Part shown: one piece after another, positions 29,754 to 40,414 of the stretch
How positions within the stretch are numbered: the stretch's first letter is position 1
Layout of the letters: the number at the start of each line of letters is the position of its first letter
NCBI GenBank assembly: GCA_044359385.1
Contig: JBIKMG010000002.1
Coordinates: forward strand, 3,179 to 67,178
Length of the DNA stretch: 64,000 bases
DNA from: Coxiellaceae bacterium
Lineage (GTDB): Bacteria > Pseudomonadota > Gammaproteobacteria > JAJRRL01
Direction of reading: 5' to 3'
Program-made: the position numbers and the translations under genes
Notes under the pieces: model-generated
Database searches by the model: none
What the model was told of the DNA's origin: nothing
What the model saw: only the letters and a program-made list of their open reading frames with translations

Positions 29754-30374
29754 CTAGCGTTTTAAGCCTTTTCTATGTAATTGATCCTCGAGTTGAGAGC
29801 GGTAAACTCGCTCTCTTCGTTTTTGGTCTTCTTTATTAAATTTGTAGCCTGTGACAGCGATATTCTTTTCTTGAGCGTGTGTCCAGATGGCCCAAATAAA
29901 TAGAGGTTCTCCATCGACGATGTGAATGGAGTCCCAGCCATTTTTGAGGGCGGCAGCAACAATATCTTGTGCTGTTGTAAAGCGTTGTTTGCTTAAGGTA
30001 CCAATATCCGTACCCCCCTCATCATCATCGCCTTTGTGGGATGCAAGAGAGGCGCTTTTCTTTTTCATCGCTTCGTACTGTGGTTGCCCGGCGTAATTAA
30101 AGAGATAGTCGCCAGGAGAGCTCGCAATTGCATTTCCATAGTTTAGGATCGCCCAGCCAGATCGACTCTGAATGATTTTAGGCGGGCTGTAAGTGGGTAA
30201 TTTTGGATGGTTCGGTGTTGCTATTTGGATGTGTGTAAACCGATCGAACATATACTCGAGTTCGCTGGTCGTTAATTGTCGGTCCCAGTTATTGAGATCC
30301 AATTTTAGCTTGTCTAAAATAGAGACAAAGGGATATTTTTGCGCAGAGGGGTATTCTTTTTTAGAGTTGGTCAT
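29754..30374 (-). CDS. Hypothetical protein
   Basis: About 206 aa from the ATG at 30374 (GAGAG upstream); the ORF track begins at 30386. No recognisable family. Confidence 0.45.
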   Translation of the reverse strand: MTNSKKEYPSAQKYPFVSILDKLKLDLNNWDRQLTTSELEYMFDRFTHIQIATPNHPKLPTYSPPKIIQSRSGWAILNYGNAIASSPGDYLFNYAGQPQYEAMKKKSASLASHKGDDDEGGTDIGTLSKQRFTTAQDIVAAALKNGWDSIHIVDGEPLFIWAIWTHAQEKNIAVTGYKFNKEDQKRRERVYRSQLEDQLHRKGLKR

Positions 30375-30431
30375 AATCGCTCTCAAATGAGTACATATGC
30401 TAACCAGTATATGCTTAATCTGCCCTTAATG

Positions 30432-31923
<1,492 letters not shown>

Positions 31924-32002
31924 TTTAATTTTCAATAACAAGGTGCTAGCTAAAAAAAAGTTTGGTAAGATAAGTTTTTAATTCTAATGGATGTGCTGGC
32001 GA

Positions 32003-32404
32003 ATGCCTAAATCGTTTGTTTTTCCCCTGAGAGTGTACATTGAAGACACCGATTTTGGTGGTATTGTATACCATTCTAATTATTTAAATTTCATGGAGCG
32101 CGCGAGAACGGAATGGTTGGCTGCATTAAATATGGATCTCGATTATTGGATGAGTCAAGATGTCTTATTTTTGGTGCGTCATGCAGCACTGGATTATTTG
32201 GCGCCAACTCGCCTAAATTCGAAGATAAAAATTTTTACAGAAGTAGCCAAGGTTAAAGGCTCTTCCATCACCTTTAAGCACCGTGTTGTGCATGAGGATG
32301 ATTTAGGGGCAAATTTATGTGAAGGTACCGTTGATATTATTTGTGTTAATTCAGCTATTCGTCCTGTGCGCGTGCCGGACCAGTTAAGAGAGGCCATGTT
32401 ATGA
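32003..32404 (+). CDS. ybgC: Tol-Pal-associated acyl-CoA thioesterase YbgC
   Basis: FPLRVYIEDTDFGGIVYHSNYLNFMERARTEWL hot-dog 4HBT motif; ATGA overlap with tolQ. Confidence 0.8.
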   Translation: MPKSFVFPLRVYIEDTDFGGIVYHSNYLNFMERARTEWLAALNMDLDYWMSQDVLFLVRHAALDYLAPTRLNSKIKIFTEVAKVKGSSITFKHRVVHEDDLGANLCEGTVDIICVNSAIRPVRVPDQLREAML

Positions 32405-33102
32405 CAGTCGCGCCATCCTTATGGAGTTTTGTCGCCAATGCGGACACCGTTGTAAAGGTTGTGTTGTTGATTTTGGTCATGGCGTCTGTTTTTTCTTGGA
32501 CTATTATTTTGCAGCGAGCCCGAGCAATTAAGCAAGCTAAGCGATTGATGCATGAGTTTGAAGATACGTTTTGGTCAGGGATTGATTTAACCGATTATTA
32601 TCGACGGCTGCAGATGGAAGGACCTAAATCCACGGGTTTATCGCAGATATTCCAAGCGGGTTTTCGAGAATTTCTGCAAAAAAAAACAGGGCATGGTCTC
32701 AGTGCTCAACATATCCAGGGTATTGCACGAGCGATGCGTTCAACACAAGCGCGTTATTTAGAAAACCTAGTCGGTCGTAGTGATTGGTTAGCAACGATTG
32801 GTTCCACTAGTCCTTATGTAGGGTTGTTTGGTACCGTTTGGGGTATCATGTCAGCCTTTCGTTCATTAGGTCTCGTCCAGCAAGCGAGCATCTCTATGGT
32901 TGCACCCGGCATTGCCGAGGCTTTGATTGCAACAGCCATTGGTTTATTGGCAGCGATTCCAGCAGTGGTAGCCCATAATCGTTTTGCTTCGGAGCTAGAG
33001 GCCATTGGTATGAACATCGATAATTTCAGTGATGAATTGTTGAATATTTTACAACGGGAAGTTGTTGATCAGTCTAACGAGGAGCTTGCTCATGCTGGGT
33101 AG
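32401..33102 (+). CDS. tolQ: Tol-Pal system protein TolQ
   Basis: Collinear with E. coli TolQ (..FWSG ... SPYVGLFGTVWGIM ... MVAPGIAEALIATAIGL..AAIPAV.A.NR). Confidence 0.88.
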   Translation: MTVAPSLWSFVANADTVVKVVLLILVMASVFSWTIILQRARAIKQAKRLMHEFEDTFWSGIDLTDYYRRLQMEGPKSTGLSQIFQAGFREFLQKKTGHGLSAQHIQGIARAMRSTQARYLENLVGRSDWLATIGSTSPYVGLFGTVWGIMSAFRSLGLVQQASISMVAPGIAEALIATAIGLLAAIPAVVAHNRFASELEAIGMNIDNFSDELLNILQREVVDQSNEELAHAG

Positions 33103-33538
33103 TGATCGACCTCGTCGCCGTCGCAGCTTGATGGCTGAAATTAATGTTGTTCCGTATATTGATGTTATGTTGGTTTTATTGGTTATTTTCATGGTAACAG
33201 CACCCATGTTAACTCAGGGAATCCAAGTGACGTTACCAAAAACGCATGCGAAGGCAATTGCACCCAGTTCGCAAATGCCGATTGTGCTGTCTATTCGTTC
33301 AGATCGACATTTTTTTTTGAATGTTTCGGCTAAACCAACAGATCCGGTTTCAGCAGAAGCCGTGCAAGCACGTGTGATGGCATTGTTAACCTTGGCTAAG
33401 CAGCAGCATGAAAAAGCCCCGGCTGTGTATGTCAAAGCTGATGCATCGGTTAACTACGGCGTGGTAGCTAGTGCGATGGCACTGTTGCAACAAGCAGGTG
33501 CCGATACGGTGGGATTAATAACGGAAGATATGGCGTGA
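33092..33538 (+). CDS. tolR: Tol-Pal system protein TolR
   Basis: RRRRSLMAEINVVPYIDVMLVLLVIFMVTAP. ATG at 33092 has RBS AACGAGGAG; overlaps tolQ by 11 nt. Confidence 0.85.
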   Translation: MLGSDRPRRRRSLMAEINVVPYIDVMLVLLVIFMVTAPMLTQGIQVTLPKTHAKAIAPSSQMPIVLSIRSDRHFFLNVSAKPTDPVSAEAVQARVMALLTLAKQQHEKAPAVYVKADASVNYGVVASAMALLQQAGADTVGLITEDMA

Positions 33539-33617
33539 CAAGTAAGATTTAGCAAGTCAGATAACTTAAAAATACGTATTTATCCTTTTTCGGAGTGATT
33601 TTATTCCTACAGATGCG

Positions 33618-34640
33618 TTACTTAGAGGTGGGTGGCTCTAGTCCTAAATGTCGGTAGGATTTTTCGGTTGCGACACGCCCGCGGGGTGTCCGTAGCAAAA
33701 ATCCTTCTTGGATGAGATAAGGTTCAATCACATCTTCTATCGTTCCTCGCTCATCTCCAATGGCAGCAGATAAAGTATCCAAGCCAACAGGTCCACCATT
33801 AAAGCGTTCAACCAAAGCAGTTAATAGTTTGCGATCTAAGATATCAAAACCTTCGTGATCGACAGCCAGTAAGTCTAGCGCGGCTTTTGCGATATTTGAA
33901 CTAATATACCCATTGCCTTTGACTTGCGCATAGTCGCGAACGCGCCGTAATAAGCGATTAGCAATGCGTGGTGTTCCACGAGAGCGGCGCGCAATTTCAG
34001 TGGCGCCATCCGTTTCTATCTGGACATCTAAAATTTGTGCAGAACGAGTGACAATGATGGTTAAATCTTCTTGAGTGTAAAACTCTAAGCGTTGCACGAT
34101 ACCAAAGCGATCGCGTAACGGTGAGGTTAATAATCCAGCACGGGTAGTTGCACCAACTAAGGTAAATGGCGGTAAATCTAATTTAATAGATCGTGCGGCA
34201 GGGCCTTCGCCAATGACAATATCTAGTTGATAGTCCTCCATCGCGGGATAGAGGATTTCTTCAATAGCAGGACTTAGCCGATGAATCTCATCGATAAATA
34301 AGACATCATGCGGCTCAAGGTTAGTAAGTAATGCCGCCAAGTCCCCGGCTTTTTCTAAAACTGGACCGGAGGTTTGTCGTAAGTTTGCTTGCATTTCATG
34401 CGCAATAATATGAGAAAGTGTTGTTTTACCCAAACCGGGTGGGCCGAAAATCAAGCAATGATCCAAGGCTTCTCCACGGTGCTTCGCTGCTTGAATAAAA
34501 ATAGCCATTTGTTCTTTGACCCCGGTTTGACCGATATAGTCCGCTAATCTTTTGGGTCGGATAGCATGGTCGATGCAGGGCTCGATGTCATTGTTCATCG
34601 CAGTTAGAACACCGCGAGCAAAGAGGTCAGATTCAGCCAT
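33618..34640 (-). CDS. ruvB: Holliday junction branch-migration ATPase RuvB
   Basis: Walker [11 protein letters not shown], and IRP..L..Y.GQ. Start chosen at the internal Met; the ORF track extends to 34673. Confidence 0.9.
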   Translation of the reverse strand: MAESDLFARGVLTAMNNDIEPCIDHAIRPKRLADYIGQTGVKEQMAIFIQAAKHRGEALDHCLIFGPPGLGKTTLSHIIAHEMQANLRQTSGPVLEKAGDLAALLTNLEPHDVLFIDEIHRLSPAIEEILYPAMEDYQLDIVIGEGPAARSIKLDLPPFTLVGATTRAGLLTSPLRDRFGIVQRLEFYTQEDLTIIVTRSAQILDVQIETDGATEIARRSRGTPRIANRLLRRVRDYAQVKGNGYISSNIAKAALDLLAVDHEGFDILDRKLLTALVERFNGGPVGLDTLSAAIGDERGTIEDVIEPYLIQEGFLLRTPRGRVATEKSYRHLGLEPPTSK

Positions 34641-35232
34641 GAACGGCTCCTTTTGCGATTCGTTGTAAGGCATGACGAATCATTTTTTCAGTGGTATTAA
34701 TGTCCTCTGGAATATGAGTTAATGCTTTTTGTGCATCAGCTGGTTTATAGCCTAATGCGGTTAGAGCGCTGATGGCATCATCTTTGTGATTCGATCCATT
34801 GTGTAAATGGGGTATTGAGCCTAAATCCCAGAGATTTAAAACATGACGTGTTTCTAGTATCAAACGTTCAGCTGTTTTTTTGCCAATGCCTGGGATTCTT
34901 ATTAAATCCACAACACGCTCTTGCGCAATGCATTGCAATAATTGAGCGGGCTCCATGCCCGATAGCAACGATAGAGCGACTTTAGCCCCGATTCCATTGA
35001 CTTTAATTAGAATGCGAAATAAATCACGGTCTTTTTCCTGACTAAAACCGTATAAGTTCCAAGCATCTTCTCGGATGCTTAAGTGAGTCCATAGAGAGAT
35101 TGTTTCACCGATTTCTGGAAGATGATAAAAGGTTGTCATGGGAGCCTGTAGCTCATGACCTATCCCTTGTACATTAATCAGGAGAAAAGGGGCTTTTTTT
35201 TGTAGCAGGATACCTTGTATATAGCCGATCAT
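34633..35232 (-). CDS. ruvA: Holliday junction DNA helicase subunit RuvA
   Basis: MIGYIQGIL ... GIGHEL; start one nt after the ruvC stop. Confidence 0.88.
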   Translation of the reverse strand: MIGYIQGILLQKKAPFLLINVQGIGHELQAPMTTFYHLPEIGETISLWTHLSIREDAWNLYGFSQEKDRDLFRILIKVNGIGAKVALSLLSGMEPAQLLQCIAQERVVDLIRIPGIGKKTAERLILETRHVLNLWDLGSIPHLHNGSNHKDDAISALTALGYKPADAQKALTHIPEDINTTEKMIRHALQRIAKGAVHG

Positions 35233-35233
35233 T

Positions 35234-35725
35234 TTATGCTCCCTGGCGCAGGTAGCGAGGTTGGTGTGCATGGCATAAAGCGACGGCTAAAGCATCTGCT
35301 GCATCTTCCTGCGGTTTTTTTGTTAACTTAAGTAGTCGCGTGACCATATCCTGTATTTGATCCTTGCTGGCGGTGCCAGTGCCGACAATGGCTTGTTTGA
35401 CTTGTCTGGGAGCATACTCTCCAAGGGGCAGGCAATCAATGGCTGTGAGGATAGCGCCCCGAGCTTGGGCTAATATGAAAAGAGAAGCTGGATTTTTCGA
35501 GATGAAAATTTTCTCAGCAGCAGCTTCATGTGGTTGGTATTGTTTAATTAGGTCACATAAGGCTTCATAAATTTGATTGAGTCGCTTAGGCATCGACTCG
35601 GCTTTAGGCTCAATGCGCCCATGAAAAAGGCATTCAATTTTTTGTCCACTTTGCGCGATGACCCCCACGCCTGTTTTGCGTGAGCCAGGGTCAATGCCGA
35701 GTATGATCCGAGTGCGTCCGTTCAT
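35234..35725 (-). CDS. ruvC: Crossover junction endodeoxyribonuclease RuvC
   Basis: RIILGIDPGSRKTGVGVI. Internal start chosen; the ORF track extends to 35776. Confidence 0.85.
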   Translation of the reverse strand: MNGRTRIILGIDPGSRKTGVGVIAQSGQKIECLFHGRIEPKAESMPKRLNQIYEALCDLIKQYQPHEAAAEKIFISKNPASLFILAQARGAILTAIDCLPLGEYAPRQVKQAIVGTGTASKDQIQDMVTRLLKLTKKPQEDAADALAVALCHAHQPRYLRQGA

Positions 35726-35877
35726 GTGAAATCCTTTGTATTTGCTGATTGTAGCCGCTATTAGGTAGGGAGTCATGGGTTAAAGGCGCAGTTTTTTGCG
35801 TGTAATTTTTGGAAATCCAGGCCTTAACGTCTTTGTTAAAGTGATGAAAAATGGTGGCAGAGCTCAGCACAAGAGAC

Positions 35878-36654
35878 TTAGGGTCTGATTCCAATTTTCG
35901 AGTTAAATAATTTCACAGAAAGCGTAAAAAATAGAATGATCATCGCTAAAATAGCGAGCAAAGAGACTAGAAGATAATCTGTTTTGATACCCAATAAAGC
36001 ATAGCGAAAAGCATTAACAATATAATAGATGGGATTGCACATGGACAAATATTTCCAGGCGCCCGGTAGTCGAGTGATCGAGTAAAAAACCCCACCTAAA
36101 TAAACTAATGGAGTTAAAACAAAATTAGGGAGTATCGATACCTGGTCAAAATTATCAGAATAAAGGGCACTAATGACACCAACGCAAGAAAAAATAAGCC
36201 CGGTAAGTATGAGCAATGTAAAAGTTAATAAGAAAGAATAGAGATGAAAACCTGTAAAAAACCAGGAAATACTTCCGACAATAACGGCAGTAATGATTCC
36301 TCGGATAATCCCAATGCTCATATACCCAACGAGCACCAACCAGAGTGGTGTGGGAGAAATAATAATTTCATCAATGGTTTTGTTAAATTTGGCCAGAAAA
36401 AAAGAAAAAGAAGTGCCAGAAAAAGCACTATTAACCATCGCCAGCATAACTAGGCCGGGCGCTATAAAAGTCGCATAATTTAAGTTGTGATCCGTTTGTA
36501 TCATAGCGCCAAGTGCATAACCAAAAATGATAAAGTACAAGATAGTCGTTACTACACTGGGCAATAAGGTTTGAATCCAGAGTCGCAAGGCACGGCGCGT
36601 ATCTTTTCCCACGATGGTTTTATAGCTTACCCATTTTTCATAAGAGGTCATCAT
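35878..36654 (-). CDS. ABC-2 type transporter permease
   Basis: Six TM segments and ABC-2 family topology. Immediately downstream of the ATPase gene (10-nt gap). Confidence 0.75.
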   Translation of the reverse strand: MMTSYEKWVSYKTIVGKDTRRALRLWIQTLLPSVVTTILYFIIFGYALGAMIQTDHNLNYATFIAPGLVMLAMVNSAFSGTSFSFFLAKFNKTIDEIIISPTPLWLVLVGYMSIGIIRGIITAVIVGSISWFFTGFHLYSFLLTFTLLILTGLIFSCVGVISALYSDNFDQVSILPNFVLTPLVYLGGVFYSITRLPGAWKYLSMCNPIYYIVNAFRYALLGIKTDYLLVSLLAILAMIILFFTLSVKLFNSKIGIRP

Positions 36655-36664
36655 TGGTTTATTC

Positions 36665-37588
36665 CTAGTTTTGTTCTTTTTTGGTTAGTTCTAAAAACAA
36701 GCTTTCTAAGCGATTGGATTTATTGCGAATACTATGGATAGTGATTCCTTGCCCCCCAAGCTCAGCAATAATTTTCCCAATGCTATGGCTTTTGGTCGCA
36801 CGGACTTCAATTGTCGTTTCGTCAAGTTGAGTAATCTCACAGTGCTCACTGATAATAGGGCTAGGTGGCGTATGGTCCAAGTAGAGAATGAAATACTCAT
36901 ACTCCAAACGGCGTAATAAGCTAGGCATGTCGCTAGATTCAATGAGTTTTCCATCATTAATAATCGCTACGTGGTCACAGAGTTGTTCGGCTTCTTCTAA
37001 ATAATGTGTTGTGAGTATAATGGTTTTACCTTCTTGGTTTAGTCGAGTAAAAAAATCCCACATGTTGTGTCGTATCTCAATATCTACACCGGCACTGGGC
37101 TCATCTAGAATAACAATACTTGGGTTGTGAATCAGTGCTCGAGCAACCATCACCCGCCGTTTCATGCCTCCTGACAAGTTTCTAATGAGAGAAGTTTTCT
37201 TATCGGTTAGTTCAAGTTGGATTAACAGCTTCTCCATTCGTTCAATGGCAATATCTTTAGGAATACCATAGTAACCCGCTTGATTAATGAGGATGTGATC
37301 GACTCGTTCGAATACGCCTAAATTTATTTCTTGGGGCATGAGGCCAAGGTTTCGTTTAATGAGGCCCATTTCGGTGTCTGCGTTGTGACCCGATACAGTA
37401 ATGCGACCACTTGTTTTCATGACTAACGAGGCGATGATATGAATCAAAGTTGATTTACCCGCGCCATTGGGACCTAAAAGAGCAAAAAAAGAGCCTGGCT
37501 TGATGTCTAGATTTACGCCTTTGAGTGCATGAACTCCATTGCGGTACGTCTTTGTTAGTTCTTTGATTTGTATAGAGTTATTTCGCAT
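36665..37588 (-). CDS. ABC transporter ATP-binding protein
   Basis: Walker A GPNGAGKST, signature LSGGMKRR, Walker B ILDEP. Start chosen at MRNNSIQIKEL; the ORF track extends to 37645. Confidence 0.8.
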   Translation of the reverse strand: MRNNSIQIKELTKTYRNGVHALKGVNLDIKPGSFFALLGPNGAGKSTLIHIIASLVMKTSGRITVSGHNADTEMGLIKRNLGLMPQEINLGVFERVDHILINQAGYYGIPKDIAIERMEKLLIQLELTDKKTSLIRNLSGGMKRRVMVARALIHNPSIVILDEPSAGVDIEIRHNMWDFFTRLNQEGKTIILTTHYLEEAEQLCDHVAIINDGKLIESSDMPSLLRRLEYEYFILYLDHTPPSPIISEHCEITQLDETTIEVRATKSHSIGKIIAELGGQGITIHSIRNKSNRLESLFLELTKKEQN

Positions 37589-37713
37589 GGTTCGCCTTTT
37601 TTTCGTATTTGAAACCATTCTAAAGTGCTTATCAGCAAACTGCAAGGAGACCTGTATTCTCAGTAAGCCTATGATAAACTAGCGCGCTTGCGCTAACGGG
37701 AGGGCAGAAAATC

Positions 37714-39537
37714 TTGGAAGAGCCTAACATTCGCTTGGGTGTAGCACAGTTTTTACAAACAGAAATAGCAAATATGCCCCGTTTTTTAAAGGCCGTATGT
37801 CTTCCTCTAGCAAATAGGGCAGATAAATTTCTAACCTGGGCAGCATACAACCGGTTCGTGGGTCGCTTAGATTTAAAGATGAATTTCCAAGCATTTATTC
37901 AAGAATGCATGAAAGAGTATGATCTTAGTCTGTTTGATGCAGACGGTTTGCTGGGTAAGATTCCCTTAAAAGGTCCATTAGTGATTGTCTCAAATCACCC
38001 AACAGGATTTTTAGAAACGGTGATATTGCCTCACTTGATTATGCAGGTGAGACCGGATTTAAAAATATTGGCCAATGAAATGTTGGCACAGGTTCATTGG
38101 GTTGCACCACAGATTATCCCGCTCAATGTATTTAAAACGACTGGCGTCAGGGGAGTACTGCAGTCAGCTCAGCAATGGTTAACGCAGGGAGGCTCCTTGT
38201 TGCTGTATCCGTCGGGTGAGGTGGCAGATTATAAAAAAATTCATAGTAGAATCACAGATGGACAGTGGTCACGCTTACCGTTGATGCTGGCTGAAAAAGC
38301 CGATGCGAAAATAATTCATTTAAATTTAGTAGCAAAGACGTCTGCGTGGTTTCGGATAGTGAGTCGAATTTCTCGACCTATTCGTGTGATGTGGTTAATG
38401 AAGGAGTTGTATCGTCAAGGTGGAAAATCGGTTCCTTGCTACAGCTCCTTAGTTTCGACCTTGACTTCGTTACCTGCGTTACCCAAAGAAAAGCTGATTG
38501 AATTTTTACACGCACTCAATGATTGCTTGCCAGTTGCTAAGCAGTATCAGGGAAAAGTGAGCCAGGTGATCAATAAAACAGTACAAAAGCCATTGGCGCC
38601 TCGACTGGATTTACGATTAGTTCAACAAGAGTTGGAGAGCCTATCGGAAGAGGCGGTTATCTATCAACATAAATCAACGATCGTCTATGTGGTTGTCGGC
38701 AATCGAATTCCGGTTACGTTAAAGTATATAGAAGTCGAAAGAGAGCGGACTTTTAGGGAGGTCGGGATGGGGACTGGCAATGCGTCAGACGGTGACATTC
38801 ATGATCAAACATCTTTACATGTTATTGTTTGGGATATACGTAAGCACGCGATGATTGCATCGACCCGCTGTGAAATTTTCTGTCAAGAAAAAAAGGATAC
38901 CTATCTCAGTGATTCACATCGTATTAGGGCCGATAAATTATTAACGATGGGTGATATGATGGAAGTCAGTCGAACCTTTGTCTTGCCAGATTATCAGCGC
39001 AGCTTCTCTAGTTTGCTGTGTTTATGGAGAGGTCTTTCTCGTACTGTATTACGGCATGAGCGTGTACGTTTTGTTGCGGGAGTTGTTTCTATTGCGGGTG
39101 ATCGAATGAACGAGGCGTTATTTGATTGCTTAGCTACCTATGTTCAAATGGTGGCACAAAAAAACAGAATACTCAGTGAGTTGTTTTTTTCGCGGTACCC
39201 ATACAAAATTCATAGGCCGGTTTCTGCAGAGATCAAGCATTGTTTAAGTTTAGTATCATCCGTTGATGAGCTAGAGTATCTGTTTAAAGAGTTAACCAAG
39301 GGAAATTGCCAATTACCCGTATTATTTCGACAGTATGAATCCTTGGGGACCCTTCCCTTGACGGTTTCTATTGACAAGGAGTTTGGCTCCTGTATCGATG
39401 TATTGCAAGTTTGGGATACACACGATCTTCGCTCAGAAAAATTGCGCTTGTTTTTTGGTGATGAGGGGATCGACAGGTTAAAAAAACGCGCGATGAAAAA
39501 TCATGACTCAGAAATTAGAAATTCAGAATCGGGGTAG
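37714..39537 (+). CDS. olsF: Bifunctional acyltransferase, OlsF-like (N-terminal lysophospholipid O-acyltransferase domain plus C-terminal OlsB/hemolysin-like N-acyltransferase domain)
   Basis: N-terminal PlsC motifs SNHPTGFLE (NHx4D/E) and LYPSGE (FPEGTR-like). C-terminal COG3176-like motifs DIHDQTSLHVIVWD, EVSRTFVLPDYQ and PVLFRQYESLG. TTG start with GGGAGGG RBS. Confidence 0.55.
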   Translation: MEEPNIRLGVAQFLQTEIANMPRFLKAVCLPLANRADKFLTWAAYNRFVGRLDLKMNFQAFIQECMKEYDLSLFDADGLLGKIPLKGPLVIVSNHPTGFLETVILPHLIMQVRPDLKILANEMLAQVHWVAPQIIPLNVFKTTGVRGVLQSAQQWLTQGGSLLLYPSGEVADYKKIHSRITDGQWSRLPLMLAEKADAKIIHLNLVAKTSAWFRIVSRISRPIRVMWLMKELYRQGGKSVPCYSSLVSTLTSLPALPKEKLIEFLHALNDCLPVAKQYQGKVSQVINKTVQKPLAPRLDLRLVQQELESLSEEAVIYQHKSTIVYVVVGNRIPVTLKYIEVERERTFREVGMGTGNASDGDIHDQTSLHVIVWDIRKHAMIASTRCEIFCQEKKDTYLSDSHRIRADKLLTMGDMMEVSRTFVLPDYQRSFSSLLCLWRGLSRTVLRHERVRFVAGVVSIAGDRMNEALFDCLATYVQMVAQKNRILSELFFSRYPYKIHRPVSAEIKHCLSLVSSVDELEYLFKELTKGNCQLPVLFRQYESLGTLPLTVSIDKEFGSCIDVLQVWDTHDLRSEKLRLFFGDEGIDRLKKRAMKNHDSEIRNSESG

Positions 39538-39575
39538 CTATAGTATTACTTGGCTTGAATTAAAAGGATAATTCG

Positions 39576-40142
39576 ATGATAAAACAATTCATAGTGGGTG
39601 TAGCCATTTCTGCTTCATTCATAGTGGGTATAAATACAGCCTTCGCTGGAAAAGATCAAAAAACGGTCGTAATCAAAAAAACAACACCCTTTTTATTTGT
39701 GATATCAGCAGGTGAAGGAAGGCTCAAAGCACTGAAAAATGGCGAATATGGTTTAACCATGAAGCTCCCCGATGTTAATCAAGTCATTATGTTTAGTGAT
39801 CGCCCTAAACGAATACTTAAAGTGATTAGTGCACAGAATTTAAAATATTTGGGCAGTCATGGTGCGAATAATTACGATCAGAATCCACCCAATGCGGTGT
39901 TATCTACAACAAGTTTTCGCCCGGTTATTGTTACGTTAACGAAGGCCAGCACGCAAGGAGATCAAGCTTATTATCAGTTTAAGCTGATGGTTCCCAAGCA
40001 AAAAGTAAAAACAGGCCAACTTAAGAACCTAGTCTTAACTATAGATGAAATAAGCCTATCTGGGCTCCAAAATATCCTCAATGGCGGCCCTGGCCCTGCC
40101 TGTGGTAACACTTATGAGATCCCGTGCAAAACAGACGATTGA
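39576..40142 (+). CDS. Secreted hypothetical protein
   Basis: Signal peptide MIKQFIVGVAISASFIVGINTAFA; 188 aa; no recognisable family. Confidence 0.5.
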   Translation: MIKQFIVGVAISASFIVGINTAFAGKDQKTVVIKKTTPFLFVISAGEGRLKALKNGEYGLTMKLPDVNQVIMFSDRPKRILKVISAQNLKYLGSHGANNYDQNPPNAVLSTTSFRPVIVTLTKASTQGDQAYYQFKLMVPKQKVKTGQLKNLVLTIDEISLSGLQNILNGGPGPACGNTYEIPCKTDD

Positions 40143-40414
40143 TAAAATCGCTAAAAAATAGATAAAGTTGCTCTAGATTTTTTAGTTGCTGGTTAAAATG
40201 AAGGGTAGCGAGTCATCGCTCTGCGGTTTTTTCAGTTCATGTTTTTCACAGAAAGTTGTGAATCCATGACGAGCTAAGCCGCTTAGATCCGATAGTATCG
40301 TACCTTTCCGCTTTAGATTGAAAAATGCACCCGTAAGTGCTAAAGCCAGATATTTCATGGCTTGTAGAAAAAGAGCGTATTGATTAAGCTGAGGTTTTGC
40401 CAAGGGAGTTCATT

